Shown piece after piece: positions 8,470 to 21,418 of a stretch of DNA of 64,000 nucleotides. Source of the stretch: an uncultured Eubacteriales bacterium (GTDB taxonomy: Bacteria; Bacillota; Clostridia; Peptostreptococcales; Anaerovoracaceae); the NCBI GenBank assembly GCA_902763505.1, contig CACWSO010000002.1:46712-110711 (forward strand), in the 5' to 3' direction. Both the position numbers and the translations under genes were made by a program. The number at the start of each line of letters is the position of its first letter. Position 1 is the stretch's first letter. The notes under the pieces are model-generated. The model did not search any database, was not told where the DNA came from, and was given only the letters and a program-made list of their open reading frames with translations.

Positions 8470-11400
8470 ATGGTTTACAGAGTATTCGTCGAGAAGAGGG
8501 AAGCGGTAGCGAATGAAGCGAAGGCGCTGCTTTCTGAAATCAAAACATTTCTCGGCATCCGTTCAGTAGAGAAAATCAGGATCTTCAATAGATACGATGT
8601 AGAAGGCATCTCCGAGGAGCTCTTTGAAGAATGCATCGGAAGCGTGTTCTCCGAACCGCAGGTAGATGATGTCTACAGATGGAAAGGCGACGAAGCCACA
8701 TTCGCGGAAATGGGCGACGCGGTCTTCGCCGTAGAAGCGCTGCCGGGCCAGTACGATCAGAGAGCGGACTCCGCAGCCCAGTGCATCCAGATCATCTCCC
8801 AGCAGGAGAGACCTCTCGTGGCGTGCGCCAAGGTTTATCTGATCGAAGGCAAGGTTTCCCAGGAAGAATTGCAGGCCATCATCAGCTATGTCATCAACCC
8901 TGTTGAGATGAGACAGGCGTCCCTGGATATGCCGGAAACCCTCAAAGTGGAATACGAACTGCCGCGGACTGTGGAATCCATCGAAGGGTTCAACGACATG
9001 GATGCGGACGCGCTGAAACAGTTCATCGCTGACAGAGGTCTGGCTATGGACGAGGGAGACATCAAAGTCTGCCAGGACTACTTCAGAAGCGAAGGAAGAG
9101 TTCCGACAATTACAGAAATCAAGATGATCGACACCTACTGGTCCGATCACTGCAGGCATACCACATTCAATACCATCATCGACAAGATCGAGTTTGAAGA
9201 TGAGACCCTGAAGGCAGCTTACAGCGACTACATGAAGACCCGTGAGGATCTGGGCAGAACCAAGCCGGTGACCCTCATGGATCTGGGGACGATTGCTGTA
9301 AAGGCATTAAAAGCCGCCGGAAAGATGGACGGTCTCGACGAGTCAGAGGAAATCAACGCATGTACCGTCAAGGTCAAAGTCACCATCGACGGCCAGCAGG
9401 AAGACTGGCTCCTGCTCTTCAAGAATGAGACGCACAACCACCCGACGGAAATCGAACCGTTCGGCGGAGCGGCCACCTGCATCGGCGGCGCCATCAGAGA
9501 CCCGCTCTCAGGACGTGCTTACGTATATACGGCCATGAGAATCACCGGTGCGGCAGATCCGAGAAAGCCTCTTGATCAGACCATGAAGGGCAAGCTGCCG
9601 CAGAGAAAGATCGTCACCTCAGCAGCGGATGGATACTCCTCCTATGGAAACCAGATCGGCGTTTCAACGGGACTGGTCCAGGAACTCTATCACGACGGAT
9701 ACGTTGCGAAGAGAATGGAACTGGGCGCAGTCATCGGCGCAGCGCCGGCTGCCAACGTTGTCCGTGAGAGACCGGCTCCGGGGGACATCATCATTCTGCT
9801 GGGCGGAAGAACAGGAAGGGACGGCTGCGGCGGCGCGACCGGTTCCTCCAAGTCTCACGATGTCAGTTCACTGGAAAGCTGCGGCGCGGAAGTCCAGAAG
9901 GGAAACGCGCCGGAAGAGAGAAAGCTCCAGAGACTGTTCCGGAACGGCGAAGCATCCCGCATGATCAAGAGATGCAACGACTTCGGCGCAGGCGGCGTAT
10001 CCGTTGCCATCGGCGAACTGGCTGACGGACTGGACATCAACCTGGATGTCGTTCCGAAGAAATACGAAGGCCTCGACGGAACAGAACTGGCCATCAGTGA
10101 ATCACAGGAGAGAATGGCTGTTGTCATCGCGGCAGCGGATAAAGACAGATTCTTTGAGATCGCAGACGCGGAGAATCTGGAAGCGACCGTTGTTGCGACC
10201 GTCACAGAAGAGCCCCGCCTTGTGATGCACTGGAAGGGCAACGTCATAGTCGACATTTCAAGAGAATTTCTCGACTCCAACGGTGCGGAAAAACATATAG
10301 AAATCAAAGCGGCAACTGCATCTAAGGATGCACTGGAGAAGGAACTTCCGGCAGCGGCCGATGGAAAGGCAACCTTCGCGGGATGTCTCAAGGCGCTGGC
10401 TGCAGACATCAACGTCTGCTCACAGAAGGGCCTCTCCGAGAAGTTCGACTCCACAATCGGCGCGGGCACGGTGATCATGCCGTTCGGCGGCAAGTATCAG
10501 ATGACCCCTGCCCAGTCCATGGTGCAGAAGATCTCCGTGGAGAACGCGGTATCAGATACCTGCTCCATCATGGCGTGGGGATACGATCCGTTCATTTCCG
10601 AGAAGAGCCCATACCACGGCGCATACCTGGCAGTTGTTGATTCCTATGCGAAACTCATCGCAGCAGGCGGCGGACGTGAAGCCATCTACCTGAGCTTCCA
10701 GGAATTCTTTGAGAAGCTGGGCAAGGACCCTGCTAGATGGGGCAAACCTTTGGCAGCCCTCCTGGGTGCGTTCGAAGCACAGATGGGGCTCGAGGCTGCG
10801 GCGATCGGCGGCAAGGATTCCATGAGCGGATCCTTCGAGGATATCGATGTTCCTCCAACGCTCGTTTCCTTCGCGGTAACGACAGCCGGCGTCAATGACA
10901 TTATGACAAATGAATTCGAGGGCAAAGGCCACAAGGTCATCTTCCTCAAGCCTGAAAAGAATAGCGACGGGCTTCCGGAGATTGCTTCCCTCAAGAAGAT
11001 ATTTGAAGTCGTCAAAAATCTGGGCGATGACGGCAGAATCTATTCCGCTTATGTTCCGGGTCACGGCGGCATTGCAGAGGCCGTCATGAAGATGTGCTTC
11101 GGAAACATGATTGGATTCCGGTTCGATGAAGCCTTTGCCGATGCGGCAGGTCTGCAGGAACTCTTCGGATACAACTACGGTTCCTTCATTCTGGAAGTTG
11201 CGGCGGATGCCTGCGGCACCGGTCTGGAAGGTGTCAACTGCTGCCTGCTTGGTGAGACGACGGATGACGGCGCCATCACCCTCGGCGGCGAAGCTGTGAA
11301 ACTGAACGAACTTCTGAAGATCTACGAAGATGTTCTGGAGCCGATTTATCCGTGCAACATCGAAACGAGGCATCAGGACATTCCTGATCTGGATTACAAT

Positions 11401-12252
11401 GGACCGGCAGCCGGCACAGAAGCGGCTGCAAAGGCACCGGCGATCCTGATGGGGAAACCGAAGGTTCTCATTCCGGCATTCCCTGGCACGAACTGCGAAT
11501 ACGATTCCGCAAGAGCCATGGCGGCAGCCGGCGCAGAGCCGCAGATCATGGTCATCCGGAACATGACGGCAGAGGCGATCAGCAAGTCCGTGGAAGATTT
11601 CGCGGCAGCTCTGGCGGAGTCACAGATGGTATTCATTCCTGGCGGATTCTCCGGCGGAGACGAACCGGACGGATCAGGCAAGTTTATCACAGCGTTCTTC
11701 AGAAACCCTGCGGTCAAAGAAGCAGTTACCGATATGCTGGACAACCGCGGCGGACTCATGTGCGGAATCTGCAATGGATTCCAGGCGCTCATCAAGCTGG
11801 GACTCGTGCCATACGGCAAGATTATGGATACGGACGAGAACTGTCCGACCCTGACGCTCAATGAAATCGGACGTCACCAGTCACGCCTTGTCAGAATCAG
11901 AGTGGCATCCAACAAGTCACCTTGGCTCGCAGCGACGCAGGTCGGCGATGTCTACACTGTGCCTGTATCACACGGAGAAGGAAGAATCCTGGCGGATGAA
12001 AAGCTCCTGAGAGAGCTGGCAGCCAACGGCCAGATCGCGACACAGTACGTAGACTTTGACGATAAGCCGTCCGACGACATCAGATTCAATCCGAACGGAT
12101 CCGTCTACGCCGTAGAAGGAATGACATCTCCTGACGGACGCGTCTTCGGTAAGATGGGACACGCAGAGAGAACAGGATACGGACTCTACAAAAACGTACC
12201 GGGAAGGTACGACATGAAGATGTTTGAATCTGCTGTGAAGTATTTCAAATAA
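8470..12252 (+). CDS. purL: phosphoribosylformylglycinamidine synthase, single-chain large form
   Basis: 1260 aa. It has a central FGAM synthase domain (NHPTEIEPFGGAATCIGGAIRD) and a C-terminal glutaminase domain (GICNGFQAL...HGEG). Confidence 0.92.
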   Translation: MVYRVFVEKREAVANEAKALLSEIKTFLGIRSVEKIRIFNRYDVEGISEELFEECIGSVFSEPQVDDVYRWKGDEATFAEMGDAVFAVEALPGQYDQRADSAAQCIQIISQQERPLVACAKVYLIEGKVSQEELQAIISYVINPVEMRQASLDMPETLKVEYELPRTVESIEGFNDMDADALKQFIADRGLAMDEGDIKVCQDYFRSEGRVPTITEIKMIDTYWSDHCRHTTFNTIIDKIEFEDETLKAAYSDYMKTREDLGRTKPVTLMDLGTIAVKALKAAGKMDGLDESEEINACTVKVKVTIDGQQEDWLLLFKNETHNHPTEIEPFGGAATCIGGAIRDPLSGRAYVYTAMRITGAADPRKPLDQTMKGKLPQRKIVTSAADGYSSYGNQIGVSTGLVQELYHDGYVAKRMELGAVIGAAPAANVVRERPAPGDIIILLGGRTGRDGCGGATGSSKSHDVSSLESCGAEVQKGNAPEERKLQRLFRNGEASRMIKRCNDFGAGGVSVAIGELADGLDINLDVVPKKYEGLDGTELAISESQERMAVVIAAADKDRFFEIADAENLEATVVATVTEEPRLVMHWKGNVIVDISREFLDSNGAEKHIEIKAATASKDALEKELPAAADGKATFAGCLKALAADINVCSQKGLSEKFDSTIGAGTVIMPFGGKYQMTPAQSMVQKISVENAVSDTCSIMAWGYDPFISEKSPYHGAYLAVVDSYAKLIAAGGGREAIYLSFQEFFEKLGKDPARWGKPLAALLGAFEAQMGLEAAAIGGKDSMSGSFEDIDVPPTLVSFAVTTAGVNDIMTNEFEGKGHKVIFLKPEKNSDGLPEIASLKKIFEVVKNLGDDGRIYSAYVPGHGGIAEAVMKMCFGNMIGFRFDEAFADAAGLQELFGYNYGSFILEVAADACGTGLEGVNCCLLGETTDDGAITLGGEAVKLNELLKIYEDVLEPIYPCNIETRHQDIPDLDYNGPAAGTEAAAKAPAILMGKPKVLIPAFPGTNCEYDSARAMAAAGAEPQIMVIRNMTAEAISKSVEDFAAALAESQMVFIPGGFSGGDEPDGSGKFITAFFRNPAVKEAVTDMLDNRGGLMCGICNGFQALIKLGLVPYGKIMDTDENCPTLTLNEIGRHQSRLVRIRVASNKSPWLAATQVGDVYTVPVSHGEGRILADEKLLRELAANGQIATQYVDFDDKPSDDIRFNPNGSVYAVEGMTSPDGRVFGKMGHAERTGYGLYKNVPGRYDMKMFESAVKYFK

Positions 12253-12281
12253 AAAGTGACTCGAATCAGCGGATTTGAGTC
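12245..12281 (-). terminator. probable intrinsic terminator of the minus-strand hypothetical gene
   Basis: A hairpin gactcgaatc-agcg-gatttgagtc (10 bp, one G.U pair) is followed on the minus strand by ACTTTTTATTT. Confidence 0.5.
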
Positions 12282-12325
12282 AGAAGATTTGGATCAGTAG
12301 ATTTGAATCAATAGAATAGAGCAGC
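12256..12325. repeat. degenerate 14-bp periodic array (about 5 units) in the convergent spacer after purL
   Basis: The units are gtgactcgaatcag / cggatttgagtcag / aagatttggatcag / tagatttgaatcaa / tagaatagagcagc. Units 1 and 2 form a 10-bp hairpin (12258-12281). Confidence 0.8.
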
Positions 12326-12339
12326 ATTAAATGCCCGGA

Positions 12340-13527
12340 TTACTCCATCGGACTGATAAACGATCGGAAGTCCGGGCAATCGCTTTTTATGAACTCGAAG
12401 AGAACAGGATCCAGCAGTTCATACTGGCCTGTCATGACGAGATATTTTCGGAGCGGACTTGCGGCAAGACCGATCTCCAGCTCCACAATGTCAGGCTGAT
12501 TGTAGGCAACGACAATCAGCTCTTTGTTTTTGGTCAGAAAGTAGACACCCTTGACGTCGTTGCTCAGCATGAATACGCGCTCATTCACATGATCGTTCGT
12601 CGGCTTGTAAGCCATGAGCAGCCGGCCGTTCGGCTGGAGCGTCATGACGGTGTTCGTGTTGAGGACGAACTCACCCAGATTCTCCTGAATTTCCTCATCG
12701 TCCATGAGCACTTCATAGACTGTTGCGAATTCACTTTTTCGCAGCATGAGGGCGGCTTCCGTTTCCGTCACAGGCGTTGTGGAACAATGCTCAAACTCGA
12801 CCACCTGCAGATTTCTGACGGTGGTTTTTGTGATGATTGTTTCGTACTTTCCTCCCATTTCGATCAGGGATTCGCTCAAGTATGTATGAGGCTTGACGCG
12901 GTCGATGATGTTTTTGCAGAAAGTAGCCTTATGGTAGCTGTCGAAGGTGTCAAGAGGGACGTCTTCCTGTGCCAGATAGGCGGCGCCGACATAATCGCGG
13001 CCGAAGCATCTCATGAGGAAATAATTCACGACCTGGTAATCCGTCGTGATCTCACCGCAGATGCGGCGCATCAGATCGGCCTTCTCTTCCCGTGTGAGCT
13101 TCACAGGCTTTTGGAAGATGAACTCGTAGTTGTCCTTATTCGGCGGAAGAGGGATGTCGTGTTTGCGATTGAAATGTCTCCAGTAGCCCATGAGCCAACG
13201 GAATGTCTTCGCTGTCAGAGGGAGCTTCTGCGCGCCGAGGCCTCCGACGAGAGCCTGTTCGGCCATCTGCATTTCCTGATTCCAGTCGCCCCGGTAGACG
13301 GTGCATGTTTCCAGACCGGTCTCTTCACAGTCGATGTAGAAGAACTGGTGGATATCCCCGCCGTCCTTTACCGCCCAATGGGCGTACACAGCAAGCACAC
13401 CCATGAGACGGGTGTTGGTGACATAGGCGGAAACGAAGCGTTTATGCGCCTGCGGTATGCTGCAGTTCAGGCCTCCTTCGATGAGGGTGAACTTGGGTTT
13501 TGATATGCTGGAATCTGTATTTGACAT
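12340..13527 (-). CDS. hypothetical protein, no recognisable family
   Basis: 395 aa counted from ATG 13527 (MSNTDSS). It has normal amino-acid composition, unlike the antisense 390-aa ORF. I recognise no motif. The alternative TTG start at 13545 has no Shine-Dalgarno sequence either. Confidence 0.6.
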   Translation of the reverse strand: MSNTDSSISKPKFTLIEGGLNCSIPQAHKRFVSAYVTNTRLMGVLAVYAHWAVKDGGDIHQFFYIDCEETGLETCTVYRGDWNQEMQMAEQALVGGLGAQKLPLTAKTFRWLMGYWRHFNRKHDIPLPPNKDNYEFIFQKPVKLTREEKADLMRRICGEITTDYQVVNYFLMRCFGRDYVGAAYLAQEDVPLDTFDSYHKATFCKNIIDRVKPHTYLSESLIEMGGKYETIITKTTVRNLQVVEFEHCSTTPVTETEAALMLRKSEFATVYEVLMDDEEIQENLGEFVLNTNTVMTLQPNGRLLMAYKPTNDHVNERVFMLSNDVKGVYFLTKNKELIVVAYNQPDIVELEIGLAASPLRKYLVMTGQYELLDPVLFEFIKSDCPDFRSFISPME

Positions 13528-13560
13528 ATTAGAAGTATAACACAATTACTGTTGCTTTTG

Positions 13561-13569
13561 TGCTATAAT
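13561..13569 (+). promoter_or_regulatory. candidate extended -10 promoter (TGcTATAAT) for metK
   Basis: tgctataat at 13561-13569, 38 nt upstream of the metK ATG. Confidence 0.4.
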
Positions 13570-13606
13570 AACTGTGTATGCGTTTGAATAGAAAAAGGAG
13601 ACAGAA

Positions 13607-14800
13607 ATGAAGAGATTATTTACATCAGAATCTGTAACAGAAGGACATCCGGATAAGATCTGCGATCAGATTTCCGATGCGATTGTAGACGCAATCCTGA
13701 AGGAAGATCCACAGGGAAGGGTTGCAGCAGAAACCACAGTCAACACAGGATATGCCATGATCATGGGGGAGATCACGACAGAATGTTACGTAGATATACC
13801 TAAGATCGCCAGACAGGTGATCGTCGATATAGGATACGACAGAGCGAAGTACGGCTTTGATGGATACTCATGCGCGATCATGACATCGATCGACGAGCAG
13901 TCACCGGATATCGCGCTCGGCGTCAATGAAAGCACGAATGCAGACCATGACATCGGTGCAGGAGACCAGGGCCTCATGTTTGGCTTTGCCTGCAACGAGA
14001 CACCGGAGCTCATGCCGATGCCGATTTCTCTGGCGCATAAGCTGGCGAGAAGGCTGACGGAAGTCAGGAAGAATGGAACGCTGGGTTATCTGAGACCGGA
14101 CGGCAAGACACAGGTTACCGTGGAATACGATGATGACCAGGTCAAAAGAGTCGATACGGTTCTCATCTCAACACAGCACAACCCGGACGCCACCCAGGAG
14201 CAGATCAAGGCGGATCTGATCGAGCACGTCATCAAGCCGATCATTCCGGCAGAGCTGCTGGACAACGACACGAAGTACTTCGTCAATCCGACAGGCAAGT
14301 TCGTCATCGGCGGACCGCAGGGTGACTCAGGACTGACCGGACGCAAGATCATCGTCGACACTTACGGCGGATACGCCCATCACGGCGGCGGCGCATTCAG
14401 CGGCAAAGACCCTACAAAGGTCGACAGAAGCGCTACATACGCAGCCAGATGGGTTGCCAAGAACATGGTCGCAGCAGGCCTTGCGAAGAAGTGTGAAGTA
14501 CAGGTCGCCTATGCCATCGGCATCGCGAAGCCGGTATCCATCATGGTGGATTCCTTCGGAACGGGCGTCTTCCCGGATGAGGAACTCGCGGACATCGTCG
14601 TCAAGCACTTCGATCTGAGACCGGCAGCCATCATCCACGATCTGGATCTGAGGAGACCGATTTACAGACAGGTGGCCGCATACGGACACTTCGGCAGAAC
14701 AGACATCGATCTTCCTTGGGAGAGATTGGATAAGGTTCCGGAGCTCAAGCAGGAGCTTGCAGACAGAATGGTGGGAAAGATCATCAATCACATAAAATAA
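13607..14800 (+). CDS. metK: S-adenosylmethionine synthase
   Basis: 397 aa. [21 protein letters not shown]...GAGDQG...[16 protein letters not shown]. Confidence 0.95.
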   Translation: MKRLFTSESVTEGHPDKICDQISDAIVDAILKEDPQGRVAAETTVNTGYAMIMGEITTECYVDIPKIARQVIVDIGYDRAKYGFDGYSCAIMTSIDEQSPDIALGVNESTNADHDIGAGDQGLMFGFACNETPELMPMPISLAHKLARRLTEVRKNGTLGYLRPDGKTQVTVEYDDDQVKRVDTVLISTQHNPDATQEQIKADLIEHVIKPIIPAELLDNDTKYFVNPTGKFVIGGPQGDSGLTGRKIIVDTYGGYAHHGGGAFSGKDPTKVDRSATYAARWVAKNMVAAGLAKKCEVQVAYAIGIAKPVSIMVDSFGTGVFPDEELADIVVKHFDLRPAAIIHDLDLRRPIYRQVAAYGHFGRTDIDLPWERLDKVPELKQELADRMVGKIINHIK

Positions 14801-14819
14801 AGGAGTAGTTAGAATCAAA

Positions 14820-16136
14820 ATGGGAATTAAGGTTGCAAAGTTCGGCGGCTCATCTGTTGCCGACGCAATACAGATCAGAAAACTGAGAGACATCGTCAGC
14901 GCTGACGAGTCCATCAAATACGTTGTCGTTTCCGCACCGGGCAAGAGATACGCCGATGACAGCAAAGTCACTGACCTGCTCTACCTGTGCAAGACGCACA
15001 TCGAGCACAAGATTCCATACGAGCAGATCTTCCAGGTCATCTACGACAGATTCATGGCTGTGGAAGCGGATCTCGGCGTCGATGTGAACATCAAAGCGGA
15101 ACTGAGAACCATCAAAAAAGATATTGAAGAAGGCGCAAGCGTTGACTACATTGCAAGCCGCGGCGAATACCTGAATGCAAAGATCATCGCAGCGTATCTT
15201 GGCTTTGACTTTGTGGACGCCAAGGAAATCATTAAGTTCAACGAGAAGGGAAAACTCATGGAGGACCTGACGAACGATTTGATCGGCAAGACCCTTCAGA
15301 AACATGAGAGCGCGGTCATCCCCGGATTCTACGGAGAGAAGCTGGAAGACGGCGCGATCAAGACCTTTTCACGCGGCGGTTCCGATATCACAGGCGCACT
15401 GGTTGCCAGAGGTGTCGATGCGGAAGTCTATGAAAACTGGACTGACGTATCAGGATTCCTCATGGCAGATCCGCGTATCGTGAACAATCCGAAACCAATT
15501 GAGAAGATCTCTTATATGGAACTCAGAGAGCTGTCCTACATGGGCGCATCCGTACTTCATGAAGATGCCATCTTCCCGGCAAAGGTCGCAGGTATTCCGA
15601 TTAACATCCGCAATACAAACAGACCGCAGGATCCGGGAACGATGATCACGGCGGATCTTGAAGTTCATGAGAACCAGATCATATCAGGTATCGCGGGCAG
15701 GAAGAACTTCACTGTCATCGCGATCTACAAGAACCACCTGGCCAATGAAAAGGGATTCATCAGAAGACTGGCCGGCATCATCGAAGACCACGACATGACC
15801 ATCGAGCATCTTCCTACAGGAATCGATACCATGTCTGTCGTCATCGATAACAAAGTTCTGAACGGCAAGTTGGATGAGATCGTCGAAGAATGCAAGTACC
15901 AGCTGAAGCCGGACAGCATTGAAGTCGTGGAAGATATGGCTCTGATTGCAACAGTAGGCGCAGGCATGTCAGCCCGTAAGGGTACATCCGCAAGGCTGTT
16001 TACCGCCCTCGCGGAAGCAGGCGTCAACATCAGAATGATCGACCAGGGATCCTCTGAAATGAACATCATCGTCGGCGTAGAAGAGAAGGATTTCGAAACA
16101 GCCATCAAGGCAATCTACAAAGCCTTTGTTGAATAA
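14820..16136 (+). CDS. aspartate kinase
   Basis: 438 aa. VAKFGGSSVAD...FSRGGSDITGA... plus C-terminal ACT-like repeats. Confidence 0.85.
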   Translation: MGIKVAKFGGSSVADAIQIRKLRDIVSADESIKYVVVSAPGKRYADDSKVTDLLYLCKTHIEHKIPYEQIFQVIYDRFMAVEADLGVDVNIKAELRTIKKDIEEGASVDYIASRGEYLNAKIIAAYLGFDFVDAKEIIKFNEKGKLMEDLTNDLIGKTLQKHESAVIPGFYGEKLEDGAIKTFSRGGSDITGALVARGVDAEVYENWTDVSGFLMADPRIVNNPKPIEKISYMELRELSYMGASVLHEDAIFPAKVAGIPINIRNTNRPQDPGTMITADLEVHENQIISGIAGRKNFTVIAIYKNHLANEKGFIRRLAGIIEDHDMTIEHLPTGIDTMSVVIDNKVLNGKLDEIVEECKYQLKPDSIEVVEDMALIATVGAGMSARKGTSARLFTALAEAGVNIRMIDQGSSEMNIIVGVEEKDFETAIKAIYKAFVE

Positions 16137-16142
16137 AAGAAC

Positions 16143-17425
16143 ATGACGGGACAGATCATTGCAATCATAATTTTAATATTGTTCTCGGCATACTTCTCTG
16201 CAACGGAGACCGCTTTTACGTCCATGAACAAGATCAAGCTCAAGACCATGGCGGGCGACGGAGATGAGAAGGCGCAGAAAGTTCTAGACCTGGGTGAGAA
16301 GTATGACAAACTGCTGACAACGATCCTCATTGGAAACAACGTTGTGAATATCACGATGACAGCCATTGCCACAGTGCTGTTCGTCGGACTGCTGGCTCAT
16401 AACGGCGCTGCGGTCTCGACCATCGTGATCACTGTTGTTGTGCTCATTTTCGGGGAGATCACGCCAAAGAACATCGCTAAGGAAAAGCCGGAAGCCTTCG
16501 CCAAATTCTCAGCACCGTTCATCAGTTTTCTGATGGCGGTTCTCACACCGCTCACATTCATTTTTTCCAAGTGGAAGAACCTCATTTCGAAAGTGTTCAG
16601 CCTGAATAGCGAGGAAAAAATCACCGATGACGAGATCCTGACCATGGTGGAAGAAGCGGAAACCGGCGGCGGCATCGACGAAGAGAGAAGCGAGCTCATC
16701 CAGAATGCAATCGAATTCGATGAACTTACAGCGGAAGAGGTCATGACGCCGAGACCGGAAATGGTCGCCATCGAAAGCGACTGCAGCGAAGAAGAACTGG
16801 CGAAGCTCTTTGAGGAGACAGGATTTACCAGACTGCCTGTTTACGAAGAGGACATCGACAAAATCATCGGTGTCATCAATCAGAAGGACTTCCACTATCA
16901 CGTTGTCGGAACAGATAAACACATCTCGGACTATATCACCCCTGTTGTATTCGTTGCAGAGACCATGAAGATCTTCGACCTGCTCCGCAAGATGCAGCAG
17001 CTCAAGACGCACATGGCAATCGTTATCGATGAGTACGGCGGCACATCAGGACTGGTGACCATGGAGGATATCATCGAAGAACTGGTCGGCGAAATCTATG
17101 ACGAGTACGATGTCATCGCGAACAAGGAAATCATGCCTTTGCAGAACGGAAGCTATCGGGTGCGCAGCAGTGCCAACCTGGCGAAGGTATTCGATTACTT
17201 TGATATCGACGAGGACATTCCGGAAGTCAACACCGTGAACGGGTGGGTCGCGATGATGCTGGATCACCTCCCGAAGAAAGACGATAAATTTGAAACAGAG
17301 ATAGACAGGAAGAAACTGAAAGTCAGAGTTACAAAGGCTGACGCGAGAAAATCGATAGAAATCAATCTCGTCTGCGAAGACGTTATTGAAGAAGAGGACG
17401 AAACAGAAAGGATAGAGAATAAGTA

Positions 17426-17426
<1 letters not shown>
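16143..17426 (+). CDS. hemolysin/CNNM family transporter (DUF21-CBS-CorC_HlyC)
   Basis: 427 aa. It has N-terminal transmembrane helices, a CBS pair ([11 protein letters not shown]) and a CorC-type C-terminal domain. Confidence 0.8.
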
Positions 17427-20245
<2,819 letters not shown>

Positions 20246-20280
20246 TCGCTTTTGCGAAAGCAGCACACTAGGAGATATAG

Positions 20281-21378
20281 ATGATTTTACTGGATGAGTT
20301 AAAGCAGGAAATACCGGAGCTGGATCACATGCTCAGCGAGGCGGAGGAAGCGCTCCACCCGGAGGAGCTTCGTGCAAAAGCAGCCGAGCTTGAGAAGAAG
20401 ACGACAGAACAGGGATTCTGGGACGATCAGAACCGCGCGCAGAAGATCATGAAGGAGAAGAAGTCTCTGGAGGATCGCGTGTCCGAATACGAAGGTCTGA
20501 ACGGACGTCTGGAAGACCTCAAGATCATGATCGAGATGGCGGAAGAAGCAGACGACGCGGAGACGGCCGAGGAAGCAAAAGCAGAGAAGGCGGCCCTCGT
20601 GGAGGACCTTGAAAACCTGAAGCTGAAGACGCTGCTCAACGAAAAGTACGACGAGAACAACGCCATCATTTCGATCCACGCAGGAAGCGGCGGAACGGAA
20701 GCGATGGATTGGGCTGAGATGCTGTTGCGTATGTATCTGAGATGGTGCGAAAAGCGCGGTTTCAAGGCGAAGATCATGGACATGAACGACGACACAGAAG
20801 CGGGCATCAAGAGCGCAACTGTTTTCGTGGAAGGAGACTACGCCTACGGTTATCTGAAGAATGAGAAGGGCGTGCACAGACTGGTGCGCATTTCCCCATT
20901 CGACTCCTCGGCGCGCAGACATACTTCCTTCGCGTCTTTGGACGTGACGCCTGAGATCGAATATGATACAACCGTGGAAATCAATCCGGAAGATCTGCGC
21001 ATCGACACGTACCGGTCCAGTGGTGCCGGCGGACAGCACGTCAACATGACGGATTCTGCAGTCCGTATCACGCACCTGCCGACGCATATCGTCGTGACCT
21101 GCCAGAACGAGCGCTCTCAGATTCAGAATCGTGAGTTTGCCATGAAGATGCTCATGTCAAAGCTCATCGAACTCAAGGAAAAAGAAGAGAAGGAATCTCT
21201 TGATGAGCTGAAGGGCGACTACAACCAGATCACCTGGGGCAGCCAGATTCGTTCCTATGTATTCCAGCCATACACTATGGTCAAAGACCACAGGACCGGC
21301 GCCGAAGTAGGCAACGTACAGGCTGTCATGGACGGAGAGCTGGATTACTTTATCAACGAGAAACTGAAGGCAAAGTAG
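20281..21378 (+). CDS. prfB: peptide chain release factor 2 (uninterrupted, no +1 frameshift site)
   Basis: 365 aa with an SPF motif (RISPFDSS) and GGQ (SGAGGQHVN). The N-terminal region is contiguous, with no CTT-TGA shift site. Confidence 0.92.
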   Translation: MILLDELKQEIPELDHMLSEAEEALHPEELRAKAAELEKKTTEQGFWDDQNRAQKIMKEKKSLEDRVSEYEGLNGRLEDLKIMIEMAEEADDAETAEEAKAEKAALVEDLENLKLKTLLNEKYDENNAIISIHAGSGGTEAMDWAEMLLRMYLRWCEKRGFKAKIMDMNDDTEAGIKSATVFVEGDYAYGYLKNEKGVHRLVRISPFDSSARRHTSFASLDVTPEIEYDTTVEINPEDLRIDTYRSSGAGGQHVNMTDSAVRITHLPTHIVVTCQNERSQIQNREFAMKMLMSKLIELKEKEEKESLDELKGDYNQITWGSQIRSYVFQPYTMVKDHRTGAEVGNVQAVMDGELDYFINEKLKAK

Positions 21379-21418
21379 AAACCGAAAGGTATCATAAACA
21401 CTGAAAGCGAAGTAAACT

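Noticed and set aside
12331-13503. 390-aa plus-strand ORF fully overlapping the 12340-13545 minus-strand ORF
   Set aside because: Its composition (very rich in R, H, V, L and D, with runs such as RFRHRRCG) matches the antisense shadow ORFs seen opposite every real gene in this window. The minus-strand product has normal protein-like composition. Only one of the two can be real, and I chose the minus strand.
13546-13606. SAM (S-box) riboswitch upstream of metK
   Set aside because: Only about 60 nt separate the divergent genes, and they are occupied by a TGcTATAAT element and the ribosome-binding site. There is no room for a roughly 110-nt S-box aptamer, and no S-box conserved segments are visible.
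20281-20400. Programmed +1 frameshift site expected in prfB
   Set aside because: The N-terminal region (..SEAEEALHPEELRAKAAELEKK..) is contiguous in one frame and aligns across the position where B. subtilis and E. coli prfB carry CTT TGA C. No in-frame TGA or shift-site motif is present. The gene is simply unshifted.
21379-21418. Fluoride (crcB-motif) riboswitch upstream of the CLC-F-like gene
   Set aside because: The spacer is only 40 nt between the prfB stop and the GTG start, too short for the roughly 50-60-nt aptamer plus an expression platform.
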